This document shows positions 31,042 to 39,592 of a DNA stretch of 64,000 bases, piece by piece (within the stretch, counting starts at the first letter, position 1; the number at the start of each line of letters is the position of its first letter). The stretch comes from an uncultured virus (IMG/VR IMGVR_UViG_3300021962_000081) (taxonomy: Duplodnaviria; Heunggongvirae; Uroviricota; Caudoviricetes), in the IMG/VR virus record IMGVR_UViG_3300021962_000081. One strand, 5' to 3'. The position numbers were made by a program, and so were the translations under genes. The notes under the pieces were generated by a model. It ran no database searches. It was not told the origin of the DNA and was given only the letters and a program-made list of their open reading frames with translations.

Positions 31042-31894
31042 CTTACCTAAACCATTTGAGAATATAGCTAAGAATCCTAGCTACTCAAAAGGTAAGGCTC
31101 ATATATCTGCAACAAGCTTACTTAATAGTCCTAAGATTGTTACGCTATTAAAGAAGTATGATGATGAGTTAGAGCAAGATGTATCAGATATGATCTGGTC
31201 TATCTTTGGTTCAGCAGTTCATAACGTACTTGAAAAAGGTGCTGATGAACATAACTTAGTGGAACAAAGGTTTTTTGCTGAAATAGATGGTTGGCATATC
31301 TCTGGTGCTATTGATCTTCAAGTGGTAGATCCTGATGGCATTCATATTAAAGACTACAAGACTACATCTGTTTGGGCGGTGATGAATGATAAGCCTGAAT
31401 GGGAACAGCAACTTAATATCTATGCATGGTTAGTTTACAAGAATAAACAAGTGCCTATTAAATCATTACAGATTGTTGGCATCTTAAAAGATTGGAGTAA
31501 ACGTGAGGCTGAACGTAAGCCTGAGTATCCACAAAAGAATGTAGCTATTGTAGATATTCCGCTATGGACATTTGAAGAACAAGAAGCTTTTGTAAGAGGC
31601 CGTATTGCTAAACATAGTGCATCTGAATTTGCTATGGAAACAAATGGTGACCTGCCAGACTGCACGCCACAAGAGATGTGGGAAAAGCCACCTGTATGGG
31701 CAGTGATTAAAGTAGGTAATACAAGAGCCAAGTCTCTACATGAAACAGCAGAGTTAGCTGATGCTGCGCTACAAGAATTAGGTAAAGGTTATGAAGTGCA
31801 AGTTAGAAAAGGTGATAGAACAAGATGCAAGGAGTATTGTTTAGTAAATAAATGGTGCAAGCAATACGCAGACTACTTAAAGGATCAAGCATGA
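31019..31894 (+). CDS. PD-(D/E)XK exonuclease (Cas4/RecB-like)
   Basis: GSAVH, ISGAIDL, DYKTT, QLNIY, C-terminal RC..YC....C. Confidence 0.8.
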   Translation: MKITNQFNLPKPFENIAKNPSYSKGKAHISATSLLNSPKIVTLLKKYDDELEQDVSDMIWSIFGSAVHNVLEKGADEHNLVEQRFFAEIDGWHISGAIDLQVVDPDGIHIKDYKTTSVWAVMNDKPEWEQQLNIYAWLVYKNKQVPIKSLQIVGILKDWSKREAERKPEYPQKNVAIVDIPLWTFEEQEAFVRGRIAKHSASEFAMETNGDLPDCTPQEMWEKPPVWAVIKVGNTRAKSLHETAELADAALQELGKGYEVQVRKGDRTRCKEYCLVNKWCKQYADYLKDQA

Positions 31895-32133
31895 CCAAAG
31901 AACAATCAGATGGGTCTACAGCAAGCTATTATGAATTACCCAGCGGTGCTACTGAATTACAAGAATTAATTAGTGCTAAGAATATGAATGCACAGATTGG
32001 TGAGATATTTAGAGCTTGTTATAGATATGGACAAGTAGCTCATAGTCCAGAGATAAGAGATATAAAGAAGATTTTATTCTATGCGAAAGCTGAATTAGAA
32101 CGATTAAATAAACTAGAAAAGGAAAATGTATGA
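31891..32133 (+). CDS. DUF3310-like (T7 gp1.7-like) protein
   Basis: ASYY.LP....LQ.LI....N...G.IFRA.YR.G.......DI.K..FY. Confidence 0.5.
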   Translation: MTKEQSDGSTASYYELPSGATELQELISAKNMNAQIGEIFRACYRYGQVAHSPEIRDIKKILFYAKAELERLNKLEKENV

Positions 32134-32810
32134 GTGTATATAGAAAACTACAGGAGGCTAGGTTAGAACTTCAATCTACCTCACTAAAGAAGTCTGGCAA
32201 GAATAAGTTTGCTAACTTTGAATATTTTGAACTAGGTGATTTCTTACCTACTATTCAGAATATATTTTTGAAACATGGACTATGTGGAGCGATTACTTTC
32301 TACACTGATATTGCCATATTGACTATTGTTGATACTGACAAACCAGAAGATAAGATTGAATTTAAGAGCCCTATGTCCACAGCTGAGTTAAAAGGATGTC
32401 ACGCCATTCAAAATCTTGGGGCTGTGCAGACTTACTTGAGGCGGTATCTTTGGGTGGCAGCTATGGAGATCGTTGAACACGATTCTCTTGATGCTGTGAC
32501 AGGAAAAGATGAGCCAAAAAAAGCTAAACCTACAGTTGAAAGTCCACGCATTGTAGGTGACAAAGGCGAGTGGCAAATAGATGCACCAGCTGACCCATTA
32601 GGTCAAGACGTTAAGGGTTGGTTGGAATTAATTAGGAATGCAACATATATGTTTTTAGATATGTGTAACAAACCTGAGGATGTGTTAATGATATTTAAGA
32701 AAAACAAAGTATTATTTGACACGGTTAAATTAACTGACCCATCATTCTTTTCAGACATGATGACTAAGTTTACAGAAGTAAAAACAAAACTAGAAAAGGA
32801 AGCAGTATGA
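32130..32810 (+). CDS. erf: ERF-family single-strand annealing protein
   Basis: KKSG.N.F..F.YFEL.D, Q.LGA.QTY.RRY, EHD.LD. Confidence 0.85.
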   Translation: MSVYRKLQEARLELQSTSLKKSGKNKFANFEYFELGDFLPTIQNIFLKHGLCGAITFYTDIAILTIVDTDKPEDKIEFKSPMSTAELKGCHAIQNLGAVQTYLRRYLWVAAMEIVEHDSLDAVTGKDEPKKAKPTVESPRIVGDKGEWQIDAPADPLGQDVKGWLELIRNATYMFLDMCNKPEDVLMIFKKNKVLFDTVKLTDPSFFSDMMTKFTEVKTKLEKEAV

Positions 32811-32971
32811 ATATAAAACTTGAATTAACTCAAGAAGAAACAGGATTCTTAATGGGAGTTTTAGCAGAACTACCTACTAAGACAGGTGCATGGACTTTAA
32901 TTCAAAAAATTAAAGAACAAGCAGAACCACAAGTACCACAAACAACTAAAGAGGAGATATTAAATGGCTGA
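32807..32971 (+). CDS. Small hypothetical protein (54 aa)
   Basis: MNIKLELTQEE...LAELP.K...LIQKIKEQAEPQ; ATGA overlap; AAGGA RBS. Confidence 0.6.
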   Translation: MNIKLELTQEETGFLMGVLAELPTKTGAWTLIQKIKEQAEPQVPQTTKEEILNG

Positions 32972-33233
32972 GCAAAGACCAAATAGCGGAACGCTAGGAA
33001 AGAACAGATACAAAGAAGGTAAAGAAAATAGACCTGATCTTACAGGCAACATTCATGTTGATCGTAATCTATTAATTGATTTACTTACTAAACATAAAGA
33101 TAAGCCTCTTATTCAGTTAAGACTATCTGCATGGAACAAACAAAACAATGACACAGGCGAAGGCTTTTTAGGTATTGCAGTATCAGAACCTACACCTCCG
33201 AAGCAAGAAGCTGGTAAGAATCCTTGGGAGTAA
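32964..33233 (+). CDS. Putative ssDNA-binding protein (DUF736-like)
   Basis: NSG.L..N..K....RPD.TG...LSAW......FL; follows erf. Confidence 0.55.
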   Translation: MAEQRPNSGTLGKNRYKEGKENRPDLTGNIHVDRNLLIDLLTKHKDKPLIQLRLSAWNKQNNDTGEGFLGIAVSEPTPPKQEAGKNPWE

Positions 33234-33658
33234 CCATGGAAACCATTCAGTTTGAAGGTGTTAAGGTTGCCCTTAAACAAGATAAAACTGGATACGTATT
33301 AACATTATCTATGCATCCTGACGATATCCCTGAAACACTACTCAGGGATTTTGTTGGGGCTAGATATCAAGTTGTTATGGTAAGGTTAGATAACCACGAA
33401 ACTCCGATTGATCGTCAAGAAGAGTTTGCTGCTGATCGTGCTATAAGGATTTCTGGTATGTTATGTCGTGATCCAAAGTTTTGGGAATTCCTTTACTCAA
33501 GAAGTGATATCTCTACTAAAGATTATGAATCTGCAACTCAATGGTTAAGATTCTATTTAGATTTAGAATCAAGATCTCAACTTAAAACTAACATTGAAGC
33601 TCAAAATAAACTTGATGCTTTATACAGGGAATATATTGCATGGAAACCGATAAGCTAA
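33224..33658 (+). CDS. Conserved hypothetical phage protein
   Basis: FE.VKVALKQ.K.GYVL.L..HPD, G.LCRD..F, SR.QLK.N. Confidence 0.6.
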   Translation: MGVTMETIQFEGVKVALKQDKTGYVLTLSMHPDDIPETLLRDFVGARYQVVMVRLDNHETPIDRQEEFAADRAIRISGMLCRDPKFWEFLYSRSDISTKDYESATQWLRFYLDLESRSQLKTNIEAQNKLDALYREYIAWKPIS

Positions 33659-33924
33659 TACCGTATTCAGTTTACCTGCCAAGTGATTTACATAAGAAAT
33701 TAAAAGCACTGGCTCGTGACCGTAAAGCTTCTGAACTTATTCGCAATGCAATACAGATGATTATTGATGGCAATACTGCATACAATAGCGGATACAACAA
33801 AGCTTTAAAAGACACTATAAAAGTGATTAACAATAATGAAAGTGCTATCACTATATCAGTGCATGGTATCTTAATTGCTGACAACTTAATCTCTGATATT
33901 AAAACATTGGAGGTAAGCAAATGA
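33640..33924 (+). CDS. Ribbon-helix-helix DNA-binding protein
   Basis: YSVYLP.DLH.KLK.LA....ASELIR.AI. Confidence 0.65.
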   Translation: METDKLIPYSVYLPSDLHKKLKALARDRKASELIRNAIQMIIDGNTAYNSGYNKALKDTIKVINNNESAITISVHGILIADNLISDIKTLEVSK

Positions 33925-34441
33925 AGCTAACTAAAAAACAACAAGTTGAGATTATAGAAGCAAGGCTTGTGTTAAGTATGCTTAGATTTCATTCTAATTT
34001 ACCTTGGATTGTTAGAAAGCTATTTAGCAAACAAGCATTAGATTGGTATGAGAAAGGCAAAGATGATGCGTTAGCTGATTACAATTGGCTTAAAGCTAAA
34101 TTGAAGAGGATGGAGAAGATTAAATGACAGACAAAGAACAACTAGAAGCTGTCTATGCTGGCATGGCTATGATGGGTTATCTTATTCGTGGCACACCCAT
34201 ACATAAGATCCCTGAAGAAGCTAAGGCTATGGCTAAAGCTATGATGGAAGATGAGGTGAGCGTTGGCCTTCCTCCGATCAAACGCAGAGCCAAGAAATGA
34301 ATGAGAAAAGATATTGCTCATCATGTCTTTCATTCAAGCCAGCATCCACAGGTAAATTAGTCTATACTGCAAGTAAACATATTAAACGATTCAAATGTGC
34401 TGTATGTTTAAGTAAAATGGTCAAACCAAATAAGGACTTAT

Positions 34442-34645
34442 ATGTTTCAAGAACTCATAAAGATAGCTGAAGAAGTATATACATTAGACAAACAACTTGG
34501 CATTCGCTTAGGTAAATGTCTAGAATCTTTAGGTAAAAAGATTACTGAACACAACGCAGAAACCAAAGCTACTAATGCTAAGATTCGTAAACTAGAAGGT
34601 AAGATTAAGTCTTTTGAATCTGCTATGCGTAGGAGAATGCACTAA
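34442..34645 (+). CDS. Hypothetical coiled-coil protein
   Basis: ORF with AAGGA RBS among small middle genes. Confidence 0.5.
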   Translation: MFQELIKIAEEVYTLDKQLGIRLGKCLESLGKKITEHNAETKATNAKIRKLEGKIKSFESAMRRRMH

Positions 34646-34822
34646 TGGAAAACTATAAACAATGGATGGAACAGAAGCTTACATCTGAAGATATGGAGAA
34701 GCTTCCTAAGGTAGTTAAGCCGCTTACAAGAGAAAAGATTATAGATATACTTAAAGAAAATCAGTGGGATGTTGATGAGCCAGATGATCTTATTCAGTTT
34801 GCAAGATTCATAGAAGAAGCTC

Positions 34823-35116
34823 ATGGCATTGTATAGGAATAAGAAGTTATTAGAAGTAGTAAGAGAATCTCCATGCCAAGTTTGCGGTATTGAAGATGGT
34901 ACAGTAGTCGCAGCACACTCTAATCAATCCAGAGATGGTAAATCTATATCCATGAAGAGTTCTGATTATCGCATAGCCGCAATGTGTTACAAATGCCATG
35001 CCAATCTAGATCAAGGAAGTAAGATGACTAGAGAAGAAAGAGTAGAAATGTGGGAAGATGCCCACAGAAGAACAATAGGTTGGTTATTCGAAAAAGAACA
35101 CTTGGAGGTTAAATGA
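34823..35116 (+). CDS. DUF1364/YbcO-like HNH-type Zn-binding nuclease
   Basis: PCQVCG....VVAAHSN....GK....K..D......C..CH..LD. Confidence 0.7.
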   Translation: MALYRNKKLLEVVRESPCQVCGIEDGTVVAAHSNQSRDGKSISMKSSDYRIAAMCYKCHANLDQGSKMTREERVEMWEDAHRRTIGWLFEKEHLEVK

Positions 35117-35566
35117 TAGTTGACACTTTAATATTAATTCTAGTAGGATGGGTAGCAATTCTTACCTATAAGCTTGTTCGATATGAAAAAGATATGGCAT
35201 TATATCAAGCTAGAATATTACAACTTATGGCTAGAACTAATATGCTTAAAAGAGAAGGCCGTCCCATGACTAAAAAAGAAGCTATTAAGATTGCCGATGA
35301 AATGTTTGATATTGTAGAAGGAAAAGATGATGAAAGCTGATGCATGGTTGTTACAAGAGTTCGATGAAAAAGGCAATATTGTCTGGTCATCTATCATGCC
35401 TATAAGGCCAAAAGAGCTGTCTTGGTTTAAAGACCTGCCTAGCAAGAAACATAATATTGTCCTGACTCCTCTGTATGCAGATCATACCCAAGCAGAAAAG
35501 TTTAGCGGTGTGAAGTCCTACAAAGAGTCCACACAGCGTTTGATAGAAGCCAATCAAGGACTATAA

Positions 35567-35914
35567 ATGACCACCCGTCTTATCAACGATTATACAGTTA
35601 AGGTAACGTATGATATGTTGAGAAAGATGCCCCCATTCAATGACTGGAAACTTCCAGCCCCACACAAAATTATTTTTGAAACAAACACTGATCCAACTAT
35701 CTGCGGTGAGTTTGATGTAGAGCCAATGATTATGAGGATTAGCACGCACCACCAAGAAACCTATGTCAACATGATGAGAACCGTTGCACATGAAATGGTT
35801 CATCTAAAGCTTTACTTAGATGGTAAAACACATTATGATAAGCATGATCAAACATTTAGGAAATTGATGTTTCAATTCAATGCTTTATACGGGTTTGATA
35901 GGAAAGAATTATAA
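35567..35914 (+). CDS. SprT-like zinc metalloprotease-domain protein
   Basis: TVAHEMVH...H...F. Confidence 0.65.
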   Translation: MTTRLINDYTVKVTYDMLRKMPPFNDWKLPAPHKIIFETNTDPTICGEFDVEPMIMRISTHHQETYVNMMRTVAHEMVHLKLYLDGKTHYDKHDQTFRKLMFQFNALYGFDRKEL

Positions 35915-35930
35915 ACTTACGAGGGAAACC

Positions 35931-36635
35931 ATGAAATATAAATCAGTATTAGTTATATCAGATCTACATATTCCGTACCACCACCCAGATGCTTTTGCTT
36001 TTCTCACCGCACTCAAAAAACAATACAAGCCAGACCATGTAGTCAACATAGGTGATGAATTAGATATGCACGCTATGTCTATGCATGATAGCGATCCAGA
36101 CTTATACTCTGCTGGTCATGAGTTGGCTGCCTCTATATCTTATATTCAGAAGCTTGAAAAGATATTTCCTAAGATGACTATCGTTCACTCTAATCATTCA
36201 TCTATGTTATTTAGACGTGCATTAAAACATGGTGTGCCTAAAGGTTACCTTAAACATTACAATGATTATCTTGGTGTAGGTAATGGTTGGCAGTGGGTTG
36301 ATGATCACACAATTACTTTGTCAGATGGTTCACGTTGTTTCTTTACTCACGGATTATCTGCTGACGTTCTTAAAGTAGCCATGCAGTATGGTATGAATAC
36401 GGTTCAGGGCCACTATCATACGAAGTTCAGCATTGGCTACTACTCTAATCCAGATGCACTAGTCTGGGGTATGCAAGTTGGTTGTTTAATCAATCAGAAG
36501 TCTATGGCATTCCAATATGCTAAAAACTTTAAGACTAGATTCATTGTAGGTTGTGGCATGATCATCAATGGTCAGCCTAAACTCATGCCTATGATGCTTA
36601 ATGCAAATGGTAAATGGATTGGTAAACTTTTGTAG
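35931..36635 (+). CDS. Calcineurin-like metallophosphoesterase
   Basis: SDLH, GDELD, SNH, HG, GHYH motifs; start at ATG 35931 after CGAGGGA. Confidence 0.85.
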   Translation: MKYKSVLVISDLHIPYHHPDAFAFLTALKKQYKPDHVVNIGDELDMHAMSMHDSDPDLYSAGHELAASISYIQKLEKIFPKMTIVHSNHSSMLFRRALKHGVPKGYLKHYNDYLGVGNGWQWVDDHTITLSDGSRCFFTHGLSADVLKVAMQYGMNTVQGHYHTKFSIGYYSNPDALVWGMQVGCLINQKSMAFQYAKNFKTRFIVGCGMIINGQPKLMPMMLNANGKWIGKLL

Positions 36636-36815
36636 GAGATATTATGCATTACATAATGATAGTAATCATGTTTGGCAATATGTCTGTTGAAACCTATAGT
36701 GTAGAATTTGATTCACAACTTACTTGTGAGAATGCAAAAACCGCTATAATAGAAAAGTATGATAATGTTAAACGACCAGGGATTACCCCTGTCATTATGT
36801 GTTTAAGGAAATAGT

Positions 36816-37028
36816 ATGGCAAGTGAAGCAGGAAAAGGCAGTAAACAAAGACCCACTAATAGAGAAGCCTATGACGAGGCATATGATCGTATATGGGGCA
36901 AGAAGAAGAATCAATCCTATAAAGATAAACCATACAAAGATGGCGTAGCTTATGATTCAGATTCAGAAATGCTTCGTGATATTAGATATGATGTAAAGTA
37001 TATACCAGACGATCACTATGAAGAGTGA
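36816..37028 (+). CDS. Small conserved phage protein
   Basis: GKGSK.RP....Y...YDRIW motif. Confidence 0.55.
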   Translation: MASEAGKGSKQRPTNREAYDEAYDRIWGKKKNQSYKDKPYKDGVAYDSDSEMLRDIRYDVKYIPDDHYEE

Positions 37029-37179
37029 GGTTCAGTCGCCTTGCATTAAAGTTTGTAAGCTGGAAAACAATCACTGCGTAGGCTGTGGTAGATCTAAGCA
37101 TGACATTACTTATTGGAATGAATACAGTAATGAGAAGAAGTTCCAGATAGTAAGAAAACTTAAGAAGAAAAAAAGATGA
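37018..37179 (+). CDS. DUF1289-like Cys-rich (putative Fe-S) protein, 53 aa, not in ORF track
   Basis: SPCIKVCKL....CVGCGRS..DI..W. Confidence 0.7.
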   Translation: MKSEVQSPCIKVCKLENNHCVGCGRSKHDITYWNEYSNEKKFQIVRKLKKKKR

Positions 37180-37280
37180 ACAAATTAGACCCTATCGTTC
37201 ACGGAATAGTCATTGCCGCCATGATGTATGGAATGTATGGTGTCATTAAACTATTCATAATGATGTATCAATACTTCTAA

Positions 37281-37895
37281 TTACCAAAACATAGTTAATA
37301 CGCCATTCAAGCGTATCAAATGTCCTTGTAATGTAATCCTGTATTCCCCATTCACATAAGTTTTTAATCCAGCAATCCTATGTAGCATAGTGCCATCATG
37401 GCCTATAAATTCTTTCTCTTCATAGGCTATATGTTTCTGTTTCCCATCTTCAATATAATCCAACCCACCCCCACCGCTTGGCATTTTGATTGCTACGGTG
37501 AATGCATAGGGATCAACTGATCCTAAGTCTAATGTAAGATGCGGGTAGTCTTGATGCCAAAGACCTGCATGGTTAAGCAGGAATGGACTTGACATAAAGA
37601 TGTGGAAGGAAGGTATTGCTAGGCGATCACTGATTGCAATAGGCTCACCGAACTGATTCGATAAGTGATCAATAATGATACCATATAAGCTATCAAATTC
37701 TTTTAAAAGTATTGGGTTTAGAGTCTTGATTTCCTCATGGTAAGCTGGGGTCTTGCCATCTAGGTAAGAGCACCTTCCAAGAGTGTAGAACGGGAATTCA
37801 TCTGATCTTGATATCCAGTGATGTTGCAGTCTAAAGACTTTATCGGCTATATCATCAACATCTATATCAAGTTTATGGCGTACAAAAGGGGACAT
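37281..37895 (-). CDS. 2OG-Fe(II) oxygenase superfamily protein
   Basis: H-x-D (WHQD), FTVAI..P..GGGL, distal H (LHRI), R (YRITLQG). Confidence 0.7.
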   Translation of the reverse strand: MSPFVRHKLDIDVDDIADKVFRLQHHWISRSDEFPFYTLGRCSYLDGKTPAYHEEIKTLNPILLKEFDSLYGIIIDHLSNQFGEPIAISDRLAIPSFHIFMSSPFLLNHAGLWHQDYPHLTLDLGSVDPYAFTVAIKMPSGGGGLDYIEDGKQKHIAYEEKEFIGHDGTMLHRIAGLKTYVNGEYRITLQGHLIRLNGVLTMFW

Positions 37896-37904
37896 AAGTC
37901 CCCT
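37883..37904 (-). terminator. Hairpin/terminator after pqqA, overlapping the oxygenase RBS and start codon
   Basis: Minus strand AGGGGAC-TTAT-GTCCCCT-TTTG. Confidence 0.55.
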
Positions 37905-37939
37905 ATTATACTACTAATAGCAATCTGTTACGATAACCA

Positions 37940-38011
37940 TTACTTGTTCATTACGTACATAGTTACTTCAAAGCCAAATCTCATTTCAGTAGCTGCTGGT
38001 TTTGTCCACAT
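37940..38011 (-). CDS. pqqA: PQQ precursor peptide PqqA (23 aa, not in ORF track)
   Basis: MWTKPAATEMRFGFEVTMYVMNK with the E-x3-Y motif; AGGAGA RBS upstream. Confidence 0.95.
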   Translation of the reverse strand: MWTKPAATEMRFGFEVTMYVMNK

Positions 38012-38128
38012 AATATTCTCCTATATGTTTATATTTTGCTATTTTGTATACACGTTATTGTGTATATGTTTATATTATGCCCATTTATATACATATCCAT
38101 CAGTAAAACCATGAATCCAGCCTAATAC

Positions 38129-38149
38129 TATATAACATTTAGTTATATA
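38129..38149. promoter_or_regulatory. Perfect 8-bp inverted repeat (possible operator) between divergent units
   Basis: TATATAAC-N5-GTTATATA. Confidence 0.35.
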
Positions 38150-38180
38150 CAAGTATTTCTATATAATTTTTACAAATATG

Positions 38181-38209
38181 TTGACAGGAATAGTCAGGTT
38201 TGCTATAGT
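38181..38209 (+). promoter_or_regulatory. Near-consensus sigma70 promoter
   Basis: TTGACA-N17-TATAGT with extended TG. Confidence 0.8.
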
Positions 38210-38215
38210 TTCGTT

Positions 38216-38322
38216 GTGAGTCCCTTTCCTCACGGCTTTTCTTTATCTACTCTCTCTGATAAAGTCTCGGTGTCCCTCGCACCTTAAAACCCTTAGGCTG
38301 ATCACCTAGGGGTTTTTCTTTT
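38216..38322 (+). ncRNA. Putative sRNA with three pyrimidine-loop hairpins and a terminator
   Basis: Promoter directly upstream; hairpins GTGAG/CTCAC, CTTTATC/GATAAAG, GGTG/CACC; no ATG in the unit. Confidence 0.7.
38286..38322 (+). terminator. Intrinsic terminator of the sRNA
   Basis: AAAACCCTTAGG-CTGATCA-CCTAGGGGTTTT followed by TCTTTT. Confidence 0.8.
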
Positions 38323-38329
38323 GTACCTC

Positions 38330-38358
38330 TTGCTTTTTTAATCCAATAGGTGTAAATT
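38330..38358 (+). promoter_or_regulatory. Probable sigma70 promoter of the replication operon
   Basis: TTGCTT-N17-TAAATT. Confidence 0.5.
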
Positions 38359-38364
38359 TATAAA

Positions 38365-38675
38365 TGAGAGATTAGAGAAGAAAAGTTGATGATGTATTTC
38401 TACGTCATTATCTTTCTATACTCAATCTATCCGTACTCCAAACGTTATCAGTGCACCTACATGGGTGGCTTGGAACGAAACATAGGCCTTGTTTACACCC
38501 GCAAGCGAGCCTCGTGAACTTAAATGGGTATCACACAAGATGCATAGGACTGGGGTGACTTGCCTACTATGCACCGATTGAACATTAACTCTGTGTAGGA
38601 TTGGTATTGAGTGTGCTTCTGTTGCTCTCTATGGATCAAAGGTGATACTTCTCACCCTAGGCGGAGCTATGTCTA
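38365..38675 (+). ncRNA. Candidate large structured RNA (or replication-origin element)
   Basis: At least 7 nested helices, including a long-range ACATAG/CTATGT closing stem; no ORF of 60 aa or more. Confidence 0.5.
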
Positions 38676-39037
38676 AAAACAATGAAAGGATCATATGAGT
38701 TTTGAGAAAAGAAAACAAGATGGCTTTTTAACTAAGAAGCTTGCAGAAGAATTAAAGTTGTATCATACTACTCCTGAGGAACTAGATCCCGTTAGAAAGA
38801 TGGCAATAGATTATCTGCTCTCTGATAGCTGGAAGAATTACAAAACATATAAGGGAATCCCACAATGAACTTCACACACGCAGTAGTAGATGATGGCGAT
38901 ATCATCAGAAAATATCGTTGGTCAAAACGAGAAGCTAAATGGTATAAAGATACGCACCCTGATATAGATGTGATAGAGTTACCTAAAGAACCAAAGGAAG
39001 TATTTAACATTAACGATTACGAGGAAGCACCATACTA

Positions 39038-39205
39038 ATGAGCGAAGTCTATCATAAAAAATATTTAACGACTGAACAGGTCATAGCAATCAAGAAGGCA
39101 TTAAAGACCATGCCTATTCCAAAAGTAGCTAAAGAATTTAATCTTAACAAACACAATGTAAGAAATATCTATCTTGGTATTTCATATAGAAACGTGGGTG
39201 AGTAA
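39038..39205 (+). CDS. Small helix-turn-helix protein (55 aa)
   Basis: LT.EQV.AIK.....MPI.KVAKEFNL....VRNI..G.SYR. Confidence 0.55.
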   Translation: MSEVYHKKYLTTEQVIAIKKALKTMPIPKVAKEFNLNKHNVRNIYLGISYRNVGE

Positions 39206-39364
39206 CATGGCTGAGACAAAGAAAACAATCATAGTTGAAAATGTTTTAGTTAAGGGGTATATTAAACACGCTAATGGAAAAAAGACTTTGTTTGAATTTA
39301 ACAAACAAGACTTTAACCCAAAAGCATTCGAGAAAATATTTGAGGAAGTGGGGAATAAATTTTA

Positions 39365-39592
39365 ATGTATACCGCAATTGATGACAGGAAGATGGCCAAT
39401 AAAATATTGTTTTATATTGTAGGATGTCCAAATGCTACGATAGATGACATCATTAATAATTGCCATACTAACTACCGCAGATTAAAGAAGTTAGAAGCAG
39501 AGGGATATATCGTATTACCAAAACCAACAGCGAGAGGACAAAGAAATAAGCAATACTATGAGGACAAAGCCATTCAATCAAGCGGTGCATGA
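39365..39592 (+). CDS. Small winged-helix-like protein
   Basis: KIL.YI...P.AT..DI.......YRRLKKLE.EGYI. Confidence 0.45.
   Translation: MYTAIDDRKMANKILFYIVGCPNATIDDIINNCHTNYRRLKKLEAEGYIVLPKPTARGQRNKQYYEDKAIQSSGA

Noticed and set aside
31019..31894. Cas4-like nuclease as part of a CRISPR-Cas system
   Set aside because: No other cas genes or array; it lies beside erf as an ordinary recombination exonuclease.
37818..38114. 98-aa + strand ORF from the track
   Set aside because: Antisense to pqqA and the oxygenase start, with implausible composition.
38216..38285. Opposite-strand reading as a CsrA/RsmA sponge (GGA in loops)
   Set aside because: The promoter and the longer U-tract favour the + strand, and only two loops would carry GGA. 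Kept only as an alternative.
38365..38675. tRNA, tmRNA or group I intron
   Set aside because: No T-loop/CCA, tag reading frame or P7 core recognisable, and no interrupted gene on either side.
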